Assembly (NCBI RefSeq): GCF_016432865.1
Contig: NC_067400.1
Coordinates: forward strand, 89,962,001 to 90,026,000
Origin: Antechinus flavipes
Taxonomy: Eukaryota
Reading direction: 5' to 3'
DNA: 64,000 nucleotides
In this document: piece by piece, positions 13,441 to 26,427 of the stretch
Layout: each line of letters begins with the position of its first letter
Numbering within the stretch: position 1 is the first letter of the stretch
Notes under the pieces: model-generated
Database searches by the model: none
What the model was told of the DNA's origin: nothing
The model's input: only the letters and a program-made list of their open reading frames with translations
Program-made: the position numbers and the translations under genes

Positions 13441-13499
13441 CTTTCTCCTTTTTTTCCCTTTTTACATTTTTCCTTCTTTCTTTCCTTTTTTTCTTAAAG

Positions 13500-14140
13500 A
13501 AGTTCATAAAAAGGATTACGCCCGGTCCTCCCTCTATTGGGAATTTAAGAGGGACCTATAGGTTTTCCTCCCTTCTCAGGTCTGACCCCACCTGATGGTC
13601 CACGACTAGCTGGTAGGATGGTGATGAAGCTGGGATTAAGGGAGCCAAGGGGATTAGGCTTCGTTCCAGGTCCAGGCTGCGTTCCACTCTCGGACGGGCC
13701 CCAGTCCCTGCGCCCCTCTGCCCCGGAGCCCGCTGCCCCGCGGACCGCACTCACCTGCCCCAGCAGCGGTCGCCGTCGCGCCCCCGGCGCTGCGCTGTAC
13801 TGTGGGGGACTTCATGGGACCGAGCTCAGGATCTCCCCGCGAATGAGGCTCAGAAAATGCTGCTCTCAGAGCCCGCCGGGCGGTCAGCGTCCCCTGCGCC
13901 TGCCGGACTCCGGACTCCGCAGCCCGAGGCAGCGAGCGAGCAGTTTGCGGGGAATTCCTCTGCAGCCCAAGGCGGCCGCAAGCTGTTATAGCCTCGGTTC
14001 GCCCGACCAGGGAGGCGGGGCCGGAGGAGAGGCCGGTGGGAGGAGACCGCGGAGCTGGGGGTGAGCCAGCGGCCAGGAGACAGCCAAGAGCTGGCCGGGA
14101 GCGGGCACCTCCCCGGGCCAGGCTAAGCCTGTGGGACGAT
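13500..14140 (-). promoter_or_regulatory. RGCC: RGCC CpG-island promoter with TATA-like box and GC box
   Basis: The only dense CpG cluster in the window. TATAACA on the minus strand at 13990-13984 puts the TSS near 13960 (5'UTR ~145 nt). GGAGGCGGGG GC box at ~14011-14020; CRE-like TGACGTC at 14693-14699 further upstream. Confidence 0.85.
13755..13815 (-). CDS. RGCC: RGCC coding exon 1
   Basis: ATG at 13815, 61 nt, MKSPTVQRSAGGATATAAGA+G, donor CAG|gtgagt. Phase 1 joins exon 2 in frame; human begins MKPPAAQGSPAAAAA. Confidence 0.9.
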
Positions 14141-14234
14141 CTCCACGGATACTAGTTATTAAGTATCTACAAGCTCCTCTGATACAAACTATGAATGAAT
14201 GAATGAGTGAGTGAGTATTTATTAAGGCGCTTGT

Positions 14235-14253
14235 TACGTGCTGAGTGACACAG
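14235..14253 (+). promoter_or_regulatory. Candidate bipartite hypoxia response element
   Basis: TACGTGCT-GAGTG-ACACAG has the same core, spacing and CACAG ancillary motif as the EPO 3' enhancer (TACGTGCT-GTCTC-ACACAG). Function untested. Confidence 0.5.
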
Positions 14254-14470
14254 TTGGTAAGTCCCGGGACTGGAGGAGTCACAAAGACTGCTCTTCGCGA
14301 GTTCAAATCTGGCCTCGGACCAGTGTGACTGGGCAAGTCACTCAAGCTTGTTTGCCTCCGTTTCCTTACCCGTCAAATGGACTGGAGAAGCAAATCGAAA
14401 ACCCCTCCAATAGCTTTGCAAGAAAATCCCAAGTGGGTCACGAAGAATTGGACACTATTGAAAAAACGAC
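14243..14470 (+). mobile_element. Mar1/WALLSI-type CORE SINE abutting an L2 tail
   Basis: gagttcaaatctggcctc...gtgactgggcaagtcac...ctggagaag...aagaaaatccc...gggtcacgaagaattggacac. Preceded by (TGAA)n and an L2-like 3' end at ~14190-14242. Confidence 0.75.
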
Positions 14471-14924
14471 TCAGCATCTTACTAGGGACTATGTACACTG
14501 CTAAGCACTAGGAAGGCAAATTCAAACAAACAAGATAGTTCCTCTCCTGGAGGAGCTTACTTTTTACTAGGGAAAGACATCACCACGAAGGGAATGCGTC
14601 CAGAAAGGAAGATTTTAGAATACGCAGAGAGAATAAAGTTTGGGGTAATAGGGAAATAGATTTAGATGTCCTTGTCAAGAATGGCCCTGTTGTGACGTCG
14701 GTCCTTAGAAGTTCCCAAATACCGGCTCCAAAAATATTCTGCTTCCCCTCTGACCTTCATCCCCACCTGTATTCCCATGGAAATTTCTGATAGCTCAATT
14801 TATATTACTTACATCCAAGTCATTTCCCAGACACCAGAGGTGATCCAATCTCTGTGAAAATACCCTATTCCCTTTCAAACTCTCCATTATGTTTTTTTTT
14901 CCTTCATTAAAGTGTAAGCTCTAG

Positions 14925-15655
14925 CAAAGGGCTATCAAACTGCATATCCTTTGATCCAAGAGTGTCTCTACTAGGCCTGTATCCCAAAGAAATCACAAAA
15001 AAGGGAAAAGGACCCCCTGTGCAAAAATGTCTGTAGCAGCCCTTTTTTGTAGGGGTAAGTAACTGAAAGCTGAGTGGATGCTCATCCATTAGGGAATGGC
15101 TGAATAAGTTATGGTATATGAAGGTAATGGAAATTATTGTTCTATAAGAAATGATGAGTAGACTGATATGAGAAAAGCCTGGAAAGACTTACATGAATTG
15201 TTGCTGGGTGAAGTGAATAGAACAAGAGAACATTGTACACAGCAACAAGATTATGCAATGATCAATTCTGATGGACGTGGCTCTTTTCAACAATGAGGTG
15301 ATTCAAGACAATTCCAATAAACTTGTGATAAAAAAGAGCCATCCATATCCAGAGAGAGAACTATAAAGAATAAATATGGATCAAAGCATAACATTTCCAC
15401 CTTTGTTGTTGTTATTTGATTGTTTTTCTTGTGTTTTTTTCTTTTGCCTTTTGATCTGATTTTTCTAGTGCAACATGAAGAATATGGAAATAAGTTTAGA
15501 AGAATTTCACATGTTTAAGCTATATTGGATTATTTGCTGTCTTTGGGAGGGGGTGGAGAGAAGGAAGGGAGAAAAAGTTGCAAAGCAAGCTTTTGCAGAG
15601 GTGGATGTTGAAAACTTATCTTTTCATGTGTTTGGTAAAATAAGCATTTTTTTTT
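14925..15655 (+). mobile_element. Older L1 ORF2 end plus 3'UTR, inserted into an L2 tail
   Basis: ctttgatcca...ctaggcctgtatcccaaagaaatc...gggaaaaggacc...tgtgcaaaaatg. L2 tail sequence resumes at ~15660. Confidence 0.8.
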
Positions 15656-17143
15656 AAATGTAAGTTCTAGGATATAGAGTCAGGTCTTGCTTGTTTGCTT
15701 GTATCTGTGAAACCCTAAGCTTAGCACAGTGCCTAGTAAATATTTAATAAATGCTTTATCTAACTAGTTAGCTAGAAAAGATAAAAACGCCTGCAGTCTC
15801 TGGAGGCAATACCACTACCACATTAAGTCACTGCCAGGTCAGGCCATAGCATTAGAAAGGCACCAGGTTGAAGAGAGGAGAATTCAGACATTAGAACAGT
15901 GACTATGTAATCACAGAGCAGAGTGAAAGGCAGAGTGAAAGGGGACAGATTAATGTGCTGCTAAGAACAAAAGCCATAGTACTTGTTCTCATCTTTTTTC
16001 TATGTTGCCATCTTGTTTCATCAAGGGAAGATATGAACCTTGTTTTTATTCTCCCACACACACCCCATCTTTGTTCTTTAAGGATTTATTTTGTTTTCTG
16101 TTTCACAAGTTGTTTTGAAAGAAACCAGTTTCTCCAAGATGGCATGATCATTCATTAAAGTCCTGATTTGTATGTGACCTTGAGATATGAACTATAGCCG
16201 AGAAGGAAACTATTGTTGGCGAAAAATGAATGAAGAGATATGGATAGGTTTCAGAACTGTAAGGAGGCAAATCCTGGCATGGAGCTGAGAGTGGGGTGAA
16301 GACATTTTAGGGATATATATTTATATATTATATATACATTTTATTGATACACACATATATAAAAATATACATATATTGTGTTTATGAATATGTATAGGCA
16401 TATCTATGTTATATATATTTGTATATTAGTTTTGAGTTTATAGTTTCCCATGACTCAAAACAATACCTCGACCTAATTGGCCTTGGGCAGTACTGCTGGG
16501 GGAAGGATCATAAAAGAGCTGGAGTAGACTTTTTGAGAGTTACCTCTAGTATTTTCCTCCTTTATCATTTTTCCTTTCCAGGGCAAGTAGGAACCTATCC
16601 CCCCAAGGGACAGGTTTGAAGCATTGACTAAAGAGAAGTCCAGACCTGAAAAACCAAAAGGAAGGAGAATTTTGAAACACCTACCATGTACTAGGTGCTG
16701 TAGTAAGCATTTTACAGATGTTCTCATTAAATCCTCACAACAACCCTGTGAAGCAAGTGCTTTTAACTCCTATTTTACAATTGAAGAAACTGAGGCAGAC
16801 AGATATTTAGTGACTTGACCAAGATCACACATCTAGTAAATGTCAGAAAATTAAAATCAGCTCTTCCCGACCTCAGGGCTCCACTGTGTCTAGCTGTCAA
16901 GGAGGAGGAGGAACTGGGAATGAGCGGTCCTGTCCACACGAGAATGGGATCCAGCCAAGAGGAAGTAACCAATCACCCCTCCACAGCCAATACTTCTGTT
17001 GCTCTCACAGCTCTATTAAATTCATAATGCCCATCTTCCTAAGTCTGTGGAAAAGGCAAGTTCTTTTCCCATTCAGGCCCCAGATCTCAGGCCCCTTAGT
17101 TTTTTATCCATAGGAATCCTCTGCATTAGGCATCCCCTTGACT

Positions 17144-17338
17144 CAGAGGTCCTCAAATTATCTGGCCCGCCGGCCAGATGCAGAAGCTGAGGACATTTAT
17201 CCCCCTCACCCAGGGCTATGAAGTTTTCTTATTTAAAGGCCCACAAAACAAAGTTTTTGTTGTTAGTATAGTCCAGCCCTCCAACAGTTTGAATGACAGT
17301 GAAACTGGCTTCCTATTTAAAAAGTTTGAGTACCCCTG
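17144..17338 (+). mobile_element. Non-autonomous hAT (OC1/OposCharlie-like) MITE, 195 bp
   Basis: Terminal inverted repeats CAGAGGTCCTCAAA...TTTGAGTACCCCTG, with internal ggcccgccggccagatg and ctccaacagtttgaatgacagtgaaactgg typical of nhAT/OC1 elements. No 8-bp TSD recognisable. Confidence 0.8.
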
Positions 17339-17914
17339 TAAATGATTCAATACTTTATGCACAATTCCAAAGCATATCCTGAGTTTGCTTTTATCCTCCC
17401 TTTTGGTGTTAGAGTGAATCATTTAAATCATTCTGATTTTTCATCCTCTCTGAAATCTTCCCAAGCTGCTTTTTAGGAGTTAGTAAAGTCATCTTGCCTC
17501 TCTGTGATCCATACATCTCCTTAATTTCCATCCCCCCAGTTCACCTGGTTCAGCTCCAAGGTCAGCAGCTCCCCATCTGTATTTAATTACACTTCAACTC
17601 TCCTGGCTCCAACCAGACTGATCACAGCCGACCAACTACCTTAAAGGCTGGGGAGGGGGCATTTTAAAAAAGGCATCTTGTTGATACCTTCTATCTTCAC
17701 TCCAGAATCATTTAAAGCTCTCCTCCAAGACTGAACAGTCCCTTGTGACAAATAAAATCAATTAAGTAAAACCAATCTACACTATATTGAACATGTCAGA
17801 CAATATATAAAATTTTCTAAGCAAGTAATTGGCAATTTTGATACATGATTCTGTGTAGCGCTGTTATCATCTCTGGGAGATCAGAAAATCATTATGTTTA
17901 AATTCTACCTAATA

Positions 17915-19090
17915 ATGTTTGCTGGCATTTTCCTTTGTTTGAGTGTTCCCATGCTTTTTAGCATGATGTTTTCTGCAATGTTGTAAGATGCCTTCAGTGA
18001 AAATGAAAACAGTATCAAGGACAGCTACCATAATAATGGGTAAATTATTCCACTTGAAAAGGCTGCAAGCTACGCCAACATGGAGGGAGAATTGCTGTAT
18101 GACTTTCTGTTCACAAAAGACTGCGCATTCAATGCAGTCTCTAGGGCTGAGATGCACAAAATATGGGTTGATTCTCTGCTGTTATGCTAATTCTGGCTTG
18201 ACAATTAGCACCAAGAAAACAGTTTTTCTATCAATCAGCACCATACCATCCATATGTATCACTTACTGCAAATGGAGAAATTTTGAGTGCTGTGGATAAG
18301 TTCACTTGCCTTGGCAGTATACTTTCCAGGGATGAAACCACAGATAATTGGATTGATGCATGCATTGCCAGAGCTAGCTCAGTGTTTGGAAGGCTCAGGA
18401 AGGAAACATGGGAAAGGAAAGGTATTAGACTCCTTACCAAACTGAGAGCTTACAGAGCCACTGAGCTGATCTCATTGTTGTATATATGTGAAACCTGGAC
18501 AGTGTACCAGCACCATGTCAAGAAACTGAATCCATTCCATTTGAATTGTCTTGGGAAGATAGTGAAGATCAACTGGTGAGATAAAGTACCAGACACTGAG
18601 GTCCTTTCTCAAGCTAAATTACCAAGCATTCAAACTCTACTGCAGAAAGCACAACTACTCAGACTGTTCAAATGTATGTTTACTTATGTTTAGCAGAAAA
18701 AAAAAAAAGTATGTTTACCAAAAAAACTGTTTTACAGAGAACTCACAAATGATCATACAGAGTTCAGAAGAAGCAATAAAAGAATGCCGGTCTCTAAAGA
18801 ATCTAGAATGGATTGTGAGACATGAGAGGGCAAAGGACTGTCCAACATGGTATACCTATGTCAAGGAACTCACTGTGCTCTATGAGCAAAGTAGAACTGC
18901 AGTAGCTTAAAGGAAATGGGAGGTGCACAAATTTAGCAACATTTCAACTCCATGTGTTAATGTGAACTATTTATGCCAGACCACTGGTAGAGCCTTCCAA
19001 GCTCATATTGGTCTGATCAGTCACAGTTGAACATATTGTACCTTATCCCTAAAATAGCAATGTCATTTTGGTCCTCTTTAAGAACAAAGG
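17915..19090 (+). mobile_element. Marsupial RTE-clade LINE, 3' half, degraded
   Basis: ORFs give VDKFTCLGSILSR...IARASSVFGRLRKETWERKGIRLLTKLRAYRA...CETWTVYQHH, an RTE RT C-terminus, with stops and frameshifts. Confidence 0.9.
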
Positions 19091-19241
19091 ACAACAACCA
19101 TGTACTAACTGCATCCTTGCTGCCAACAGATACGCCCATGTCTCTTCTACCTTTTAAAAACCTCATTTGATCCAACCATCTCTGCTAGCTATTATCTTAT
19201 ATCTCTCTTCTCTTTTGTAACTAAATTCTGTGAGAATACCA

Positions 19242-19570
19242 NNNNNNNNNNNNNNNNNNNNNNNNNNNNNNNNNNNNNNNNNNNNNNNNNNNNNNNNNNN
19301 NNNNNNNNNNNNNNNNNNNNNNNNNNNNNNNNNNNNNNNNNNNNNNNNNNNNNNNNNNNNNNNNNNNNNNNNNNNNNNNNNNNNNNNNNNNNNNNNNNNN
19401 NNNNNNNNNNNNNNNNNNNNNNNNNNNNNNNNNNNNNNNNNNNNNNNNNNNNNNNNNNNNNNNNNNNNNNNNNNNNNNNNNNNNNNNNNNNNNNNNNNNN
19501 NNNNNNNNNNNNNNNNNNNNNNNNNNNNNNNNNNNNNNNNNNNNNNNNNNNNNNNNNNNNNNNNNNNNNN
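19242..19570. other. Assembly gap (N run)
   Basis: 329 Ns. Confidence 1.
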
Positions 19571-19799
19571 CTTCTTCTTGTTGTTGTTCCTCTTTTTTTC
19601 CAGCCTGAATTGCTTTGCCCCTCCACTTCTAAGGGTTTCATTATTGGTGACCACTTGAACATCTTTAGCCCTACTATATCTCAGAACTCTCAAACCCAAG
19701 GGATCCACTGGTCTCAGCCTCCAAAAGAGGGATTACAGACATGTACCATCATTACTAGTCATTCACCCTCTTCTAAACCCCCTGTAGTCTGGATTATTT

Positions 19800-21430
19800 A
19801 ACTGAAAGTGCTCGCTCCAAAATTATCCACATTCTTCTCATTGTCAAATCTCATAGCTTTTTCCCCTCATTTTTCTTGACCTCTCTCCAATCTTTGATAT
19901 TCTCTAGATACTTCTTCTAGATACTCTCTCTTCTCCATATTTTTAATGACCTATTTCTCTTCTGGTTCTTCTCCTGTCTAACTGCTCTTTCTCTTTTGCT
20001 GCATCTCCCTCCCAATTATGCCCATTAATTGTGAATGTTCCCTAAGCTTCTGTTCTAGGTTCTCTTTTCTTCTCCCTTTATATTTTTCTTGATGATCTCA
20101 TCAACTCCCTTGGCTTCTGTTATTATCTCTGTGCTCATATTTCTCAAATCTATTCATCTAGTCTTAGCCTCTCACTCCAGTATCACATGACCAGCTACCT
20201 CTTGGATGTCACTCAAATTGTATGTCCCAAAAACATCTCAAATTCTACATGTTCACACTAGAATTTTTGTCTTTTCTCTCAGTTTTCTTATTACTGTCGA
20301 GAATATCACCATTTACATGGCTCTTTTCAACAGTGAAATGTTTCAGGCCAGTTCCAATGATCTTGTAATGAAGAGAGCCATCTGCACCCAGGGGAGGACT
20401 GTGGGAACTGAGTGTGGATCACAACATAGTTTTTGTTATTGTTTTCTTGCATTATGTTTTCTTTCTCATTTTTTTCCTTTTTGATCTGATTTTTCTTGTA
20501 CAGCATGAGAATTGTGGAAATATGTATAGAAGAATTACACATGTATAACCTATATTGGATTACTTGCCATCTAGGTGAGAGGGTGTGGGAAGGAAGGGAA
20601 AAAACTTGAAACACAAGGTTTTGCAAGGATGAATGTTGAAAACTATCTATGCATATGTTTTGAAATTAAAAGCTTTAATAATAATAATAAAAGAATTAAA
20701 AAAAAACACACAACAGAAAAACACAATTTTAGAGCTAACAGCCTTCCACCATAATACATCAAAATACACTTACAATATAACTATGATGTCTTCTGGTAAA
20801 CATAAGGTATGCATGTAGTCAGGGTGGCAATGTGATTATATGTGTGTATGTATACCTATGGAACTTGGGCAAAGAAAATTAAGGTGATAATGGTAAAGAA
20901 AATTATTGGTGGAAAAAAAAAATCTTTCCAGTTACCCAGGCTATCCCTCTGTTTCATCCTCAACTTCTCACCTCTAAATCCAATCTGTGGCCAAGATCTA
21001 CTGATTTTACATGTGTGCATATCTTAAATTCCCTTCTCTACTCACCCAGCTACCACCCTAGTACAAGCCCTGATCACTCCCATCTGCATTATTATAATAG
21101 CCTTTTGGTTGATCTTTTGGCCCCAAATCTCTCCACATTCCAGTCTATCTTCCATTCCACTGACTAATGATCTTCTGAAATACAGGTCTGATTATGTCAG
21201 CCCCCTATTAAATAAATTCCTGTGACTCCCTATTATCTTCTAAAAACAATTGCAAAATCCTCTGTGTGATTTTTAGTCTTTGAAATTTGCCCCTTCCTGT
21301 CTTTCTAGAGTTTTTAAATCTTACTCCCCTTCATACTCTACAATTCGGCTGCTCTGGTTTTCTTGCTGTTCCTAGAACAAGACATTCCATGTTATCCCTT
21401 TTCATCCCAGCTTTCTGGTTTCTTTAGCTT
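19800..21430 (+). mobile_element. L2 LINE remnant interrupted by an L1 3' end (~20330-20705)
   Basis: Pyrimidine-rich L2 ORF2/3' signature (cttgatgatctcatcaactcc..., aatccaatctgtggccaagatc...). Boundaries approximate. Confidence 0.7.
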
Positions 21431-21451
21431 CCTTCAAAACAATTCAGATCT

Positions 21452-21590
21452 GGGGCAGCTGGGTGGCACAGTTGATAGAGCACCAGAATCTGAGTTCAAA
21501 TCTAACCTCAGACACGTAGTATTTCTTAGCTGTGTGGCTCTGGGAAAGTCACTTAACCCCAATTGCCTCAGCAAAATTTAAAAAATAAAA
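21452..21590 (+). mobile_element. WSINE1-like SINE
   Basis: ggggcagctgggtggcacagttgatagagcacc...cacttaaccccaattgcctcagc plus A-rich tail. Confidence 0.85.
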
Positions 21591-21780
21591 ATTCAAATCC
21601 TATCCTCTGTCAACAACAAATGCTTACTACAAGTGCTGGGGATACAAAGAAAGACAAAGAAAAACAAAGTTCCTTCCCTTTAAGGAATTCACATTCTAGT
21701 ATAGATATGTATAGTATAAATGGGAGGTAGTTTTATAGGGAAAGCATGATCTATGGTGAAAATCAAGAAAGGTCTGCTTG

Positions 21781-22262
21781 GGACCAGGAAATCATTATAC
21801 ACTTCAACAACAATACTATATGATGATCAATTCTGATGGACCTGGCCATCTTCAGCAATGAGATGAACCAAATCAGTTCCAATAGAGCAGTAATGAATTG
21901 AACCAGCTACACCCAGGGAAAGAACTCTGGGAGATGGCTATGAACCATTACATAGAATTCCCAATCCCTCTATTTTTGTCTGCTTGCATTTTTTATTTCC
22001 TTCACAAGCTAATAATACTCTATTTCAAAGTCCAATTCTTTTTGTGCAGCAAAATATCTGTTTGGACATGTATACTTATATTGTATTTAATTTATACTTT
22101 AATGTATTTAACATGTATTGGTCAACCTGCCATCTGGAAGAAGGGGTAGGGGGAAGGAGGGGAAAAGTTGGAACAAAAGGTCTGGTAATTGTCAATGCTG
22201 TAAAATTCCCCATGCATATAATTTGTAAATAAAAAGATATAATAATAATAATAATAATAAAA
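21781..22262 (+). mobile_element. 5'-truncated L1 3' end
   Basis: L1 3'UTR with (AAT)n tail. Near-perfect TSD aagaaagg(t/c)ctgcttg. Confidence 0.85.
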
Positions 22263-22760
22263 AGAAAGGCCTGCTTGTTTACTCTTGTTGACTTGTAAGG
22301 GAAAGGACAAATTTTTCAAATGGAGAAACTAAAATACAGAGAGAATTAATTACTTACCCAAGATTGCATAATGAATCATTTCCTCATTTGAATCTGCTCT
22401 TCTTTAAAAAAAAAAAAAATCTTTGGAAGATATTTCTCTCCCTGTTCTCTTTAAACTGTTAGCTGCATTTCTTGGCATGGACATTCATGAGTTTGATGAC
22501 TAGCTTTGAAATGTAAATCTTTGCTGAAAGCAGATGTAAATTTCCTTCATTCACATAGGAACTTAGTCATCTTTTAAATGTCCACAAATGTTAACCATTT
22601 CCCCCAGTTCCTCTCTGATAAATATTATACAAAGTCCTTGGTCCAATATGATTCATGTGCCTCATATGACAAAATTTATTCAGTTATTCCAAATAAGGTA
22701 AGACTATAATTTTCTCCTCACCCCCAATTTTATTCAATATGAAATGTATTTCTAAAGTTT

Positions 22761-23302
<542 letters not shown>

Positions 23303-23563
23303 TTATAATTTTCAAAAAATAACCCCCCAAATTTTCAAGAATTGTCAGATTTTCCTCCTAATCTTTGCCTGATATCACCAGAGGAAGGTAGATTGATACA
23401 CTTGTAATAAAGGAGATCTGGATTCCAGATTTGATAATTAATAATTTAATGAGCAAGGACAAGTTATTTAACTCTATACCTCAGTTTTTTAATCCATGAA
23501 ATTGAGATCTCTCAAGCTGTATAAGAAAATTATTTTGTAAATCTTAAAGTGCAATAGGATTTT

Positions 23564-23782
23564 GAGCTTTATTCTCTCTCTTCTCTTTCAAGTTATTTAG
23601 AATAGACATCTGACTACTCGCCCTCATGGAGCAAAATTTCAGATTTCCTGAGAAATAACCAGTTGATTTTCAAAAGACAGTTCTTGCTCTCAACTTTGTT
23701 CAAACATGAAGGATTGGGAAAGAGAGACAGACAGACAGAGGAGAAATTGGAGATAATCAACAGAGGGAAGACACTAGTCATT
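23564..23782 (+). repeat. Local direct duplication, copy A (copy B at 25755-25967)
   Basis: About 215 bp colinear, roughly 85-90% identical by eye, offset ~2.19 kb. Confidence 0.9.
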
Positions 23783-26427
23783 AAGAGGGATAAGAAAAGA
23801 CTTCTTGTATTGGTTTTGATTTTAGCTGGGACTTACAGGAAGTCAAGAAAGCCAGGAAGTAGAGATGAAAAGGAAGCACATTTTAGGAATGGGGACAGAC
23901 AATGAAAATATCCAAAGTTGGAAGATGGAGTGTCTTATTCAGAGAATAATAAGGAGGCTAGAGTCACTGGATCAAAAAGTATATGGAAATCATTAGTTTG
24001 ACTCATTAGTAATGTTGTTGTTATTGTGGAAAACTGAGAAACAAAAAATAAAATAAAAAATTGGTCTTCAATTCGGTGTGGTCCTGTTCTACTTCAGAAG
24101 TGATGGAGGCAGAGTTATGGAAAGGAATCAAAGGATGCTAAGAATCACACTGTTTTTCTATCATCAATTAACTTGAATTTGCCTAACTGTTCTCTAAATG
24201 TAAAATATTTGTGTAATGACCAAACATTCTAGAGAAAGTTTTAGATCATCTGACAAGGGATAAAGAATGACAGGTCAATAGCCAGAGTATTCACTGGTGC
24301 CCTTGCAATGTGAGAAAAAAATCAAGAAGGGCTTTGAGCACATTGTGAGGGCCCTTTTGTTGAACCTGTGAGAGGATGTGGATAAGGATGACACAAGACA
24401 AGCAATCATAAAAGACTGTGATCAGCATCATTGAGTAGAATTGCCAAATTGAGGCAATCACAAATCTATTTGAGTTTATTATGTTTGTTTAGAATTTTTT
24501 GTTTACTTTTCTCACAGCAACCTTGTGAATTGTATAATGCATTTATTACTATCCCCATTTACTTATGAAAAAAACTGAGACCTAGATGAATTAGGGTCAC
24601 AAAGTGCCAGAGAAAGTAAATGCCAGATCTAAGGGATAGGATTAGAGGTCTAACTAGAAATTCTTATACTTAGGGCAATGATTAGATGAATGGGTGAAGA
24701 AGGAAGCACTGCCCAGAAATGTCCCCTCTCCTTGATCCCATAAACTCTTCAGCCACTGACACTGCATTCTTGCCCTTTTTCAAAGCCAACTTTCCTCCTA
24801 ATCAAATGAAGGAAGGAGAGTTGTCTGGGTCAATTCAGTAAAGTCAAGAGAAGGGAAGCAGGTAATCTTCCTTCTTTCCCCAAATTTCCCTCCCAGAAAA
24901 ACCCCTCTTTAAAGGACCATATTCCTCATTAATACTCTAGGGAGACAGTATTCTCTGGACTGAATCAGGATAATTAGGTTCTTCTGAGGAGAAAGTATAC
25001 CTTGCCCAGATCTCAGTGTTTAGTTTATAGCCCCATCTGTCTCATCCTAGTTACTACTCTACACATAGTAACAGAACAAATTACAGGATTTTCAAAGATA
25101 AAGGTTCCTAAGAAAACATCTAGTTCATTCTTCTTATTACCAAGTAAAGAAACTGAGACCCATAGAAATTAAATGATTTGTGATTTGGATAGGAGAGATA
25201 GAATATAAGCAGGATCCTACTAATTTTTTAACTATAGCCCAATGTAAACAGATTCTTCTAAGCATTTCACATATATACAATATCAATATATTGCAAATAA
25301 ATCTAAACTCATGTATTCTCTGGTTCTCAGGATCTTCATTTCTAGATATTACTATCTAATCCTACAGCAAGATTCTCCCTTTGATGTCTCCATCATGTCA
25401 TGGAGGAAAATCCAGGATATTGAAGACTAGGCCAGTGAAACACAAGCTCTGGCTAGAAAAATTTCAGAGTTGGGTTAACAATAGACTGTGTCTATAAAGT
25501 CTGAGTGCCAATCTAGCTAACTTGGGAAGACATCACCAGATTGGGCACAGGGTGATGATTTTTCTGGCTATGGACATTCATAATGATACTCTACTAAGTT
25601 ATAGATTGTCACCATCTGTATGACTGAGCAATCAGGCAAGTTCCCACATGGATGAGTTCTTATATTTTCCTTACACATGGAAAAATCTCTCTGCTTTGAG
25701 GTAAGAACGTCCACATGCCCAGTTTCATAAAAGAGAGGTTTTGCTTATAAATAAGAGTTTTATTCTCTCTCTTCTCTGAAGAGTTATTTAGAATAGACCT
25801 CTAATTACTCATTCTCATGGAGCAAAACTTCAATTTCCTGAGAAATAACCAGCTGATTTTCAAAAGACAGTTCTTACTCTCAACTTTGTACAAACATGAA
25901 GGATTGGGAAAGAGACAGAGACAGACAGAGGGAAAATTTCCTCAACAGAGGGAAGACACTAGACATTTTTACCATAAAAATGAGTCATAGATTTAGAACT
26001 ATATAAGGAATTTTAGAAGCTATCAGATGGTAAATAACTGAGGTGGGATTTGAATCTAGAACTTGCTGAATCCAAGTTCAGCACCTTTTCCTCAAACTAT
26101 GAAGCTAAGATAGATTTTACTGAATGGAAAGAGAACAATATAATCATGTCAAGTGATCTCACAATGAAACAATATCACTCATTCTTGAAGTGATGTCATT
26201 AATGTGTGATTTTAGCATTGTGAGTCCCCCCCAAGCCAAAAAGATAATAACCCTTCCTCATCATTTCTGATTAGCTCAGCTAAAAAAAAATCATCCTAGT
26301 AGACAATCTCCCAGGCTTCAAATAAAGTAAAGCTGGCACTTGGATGGGAGAGGCACTAGACCTGTGATTTCATTGGTATATACTTGAACATTATCCCTAT
26401 ACCTGATAGTCTTAGAAAGTGATTCTT

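Noticed and set aside
13545-14345. Several ORFs of 64-148 aa across the CpG island
   Set aside because: Stop-poor GC-rich promoter DNA; only 13815-13755 fits RGCC with a valid splice donor.
19163-19708. Long ORFs at 19.2-19.7 kb and at 2519-2746
   Set aside because: Artefacts of translating through N gaps.
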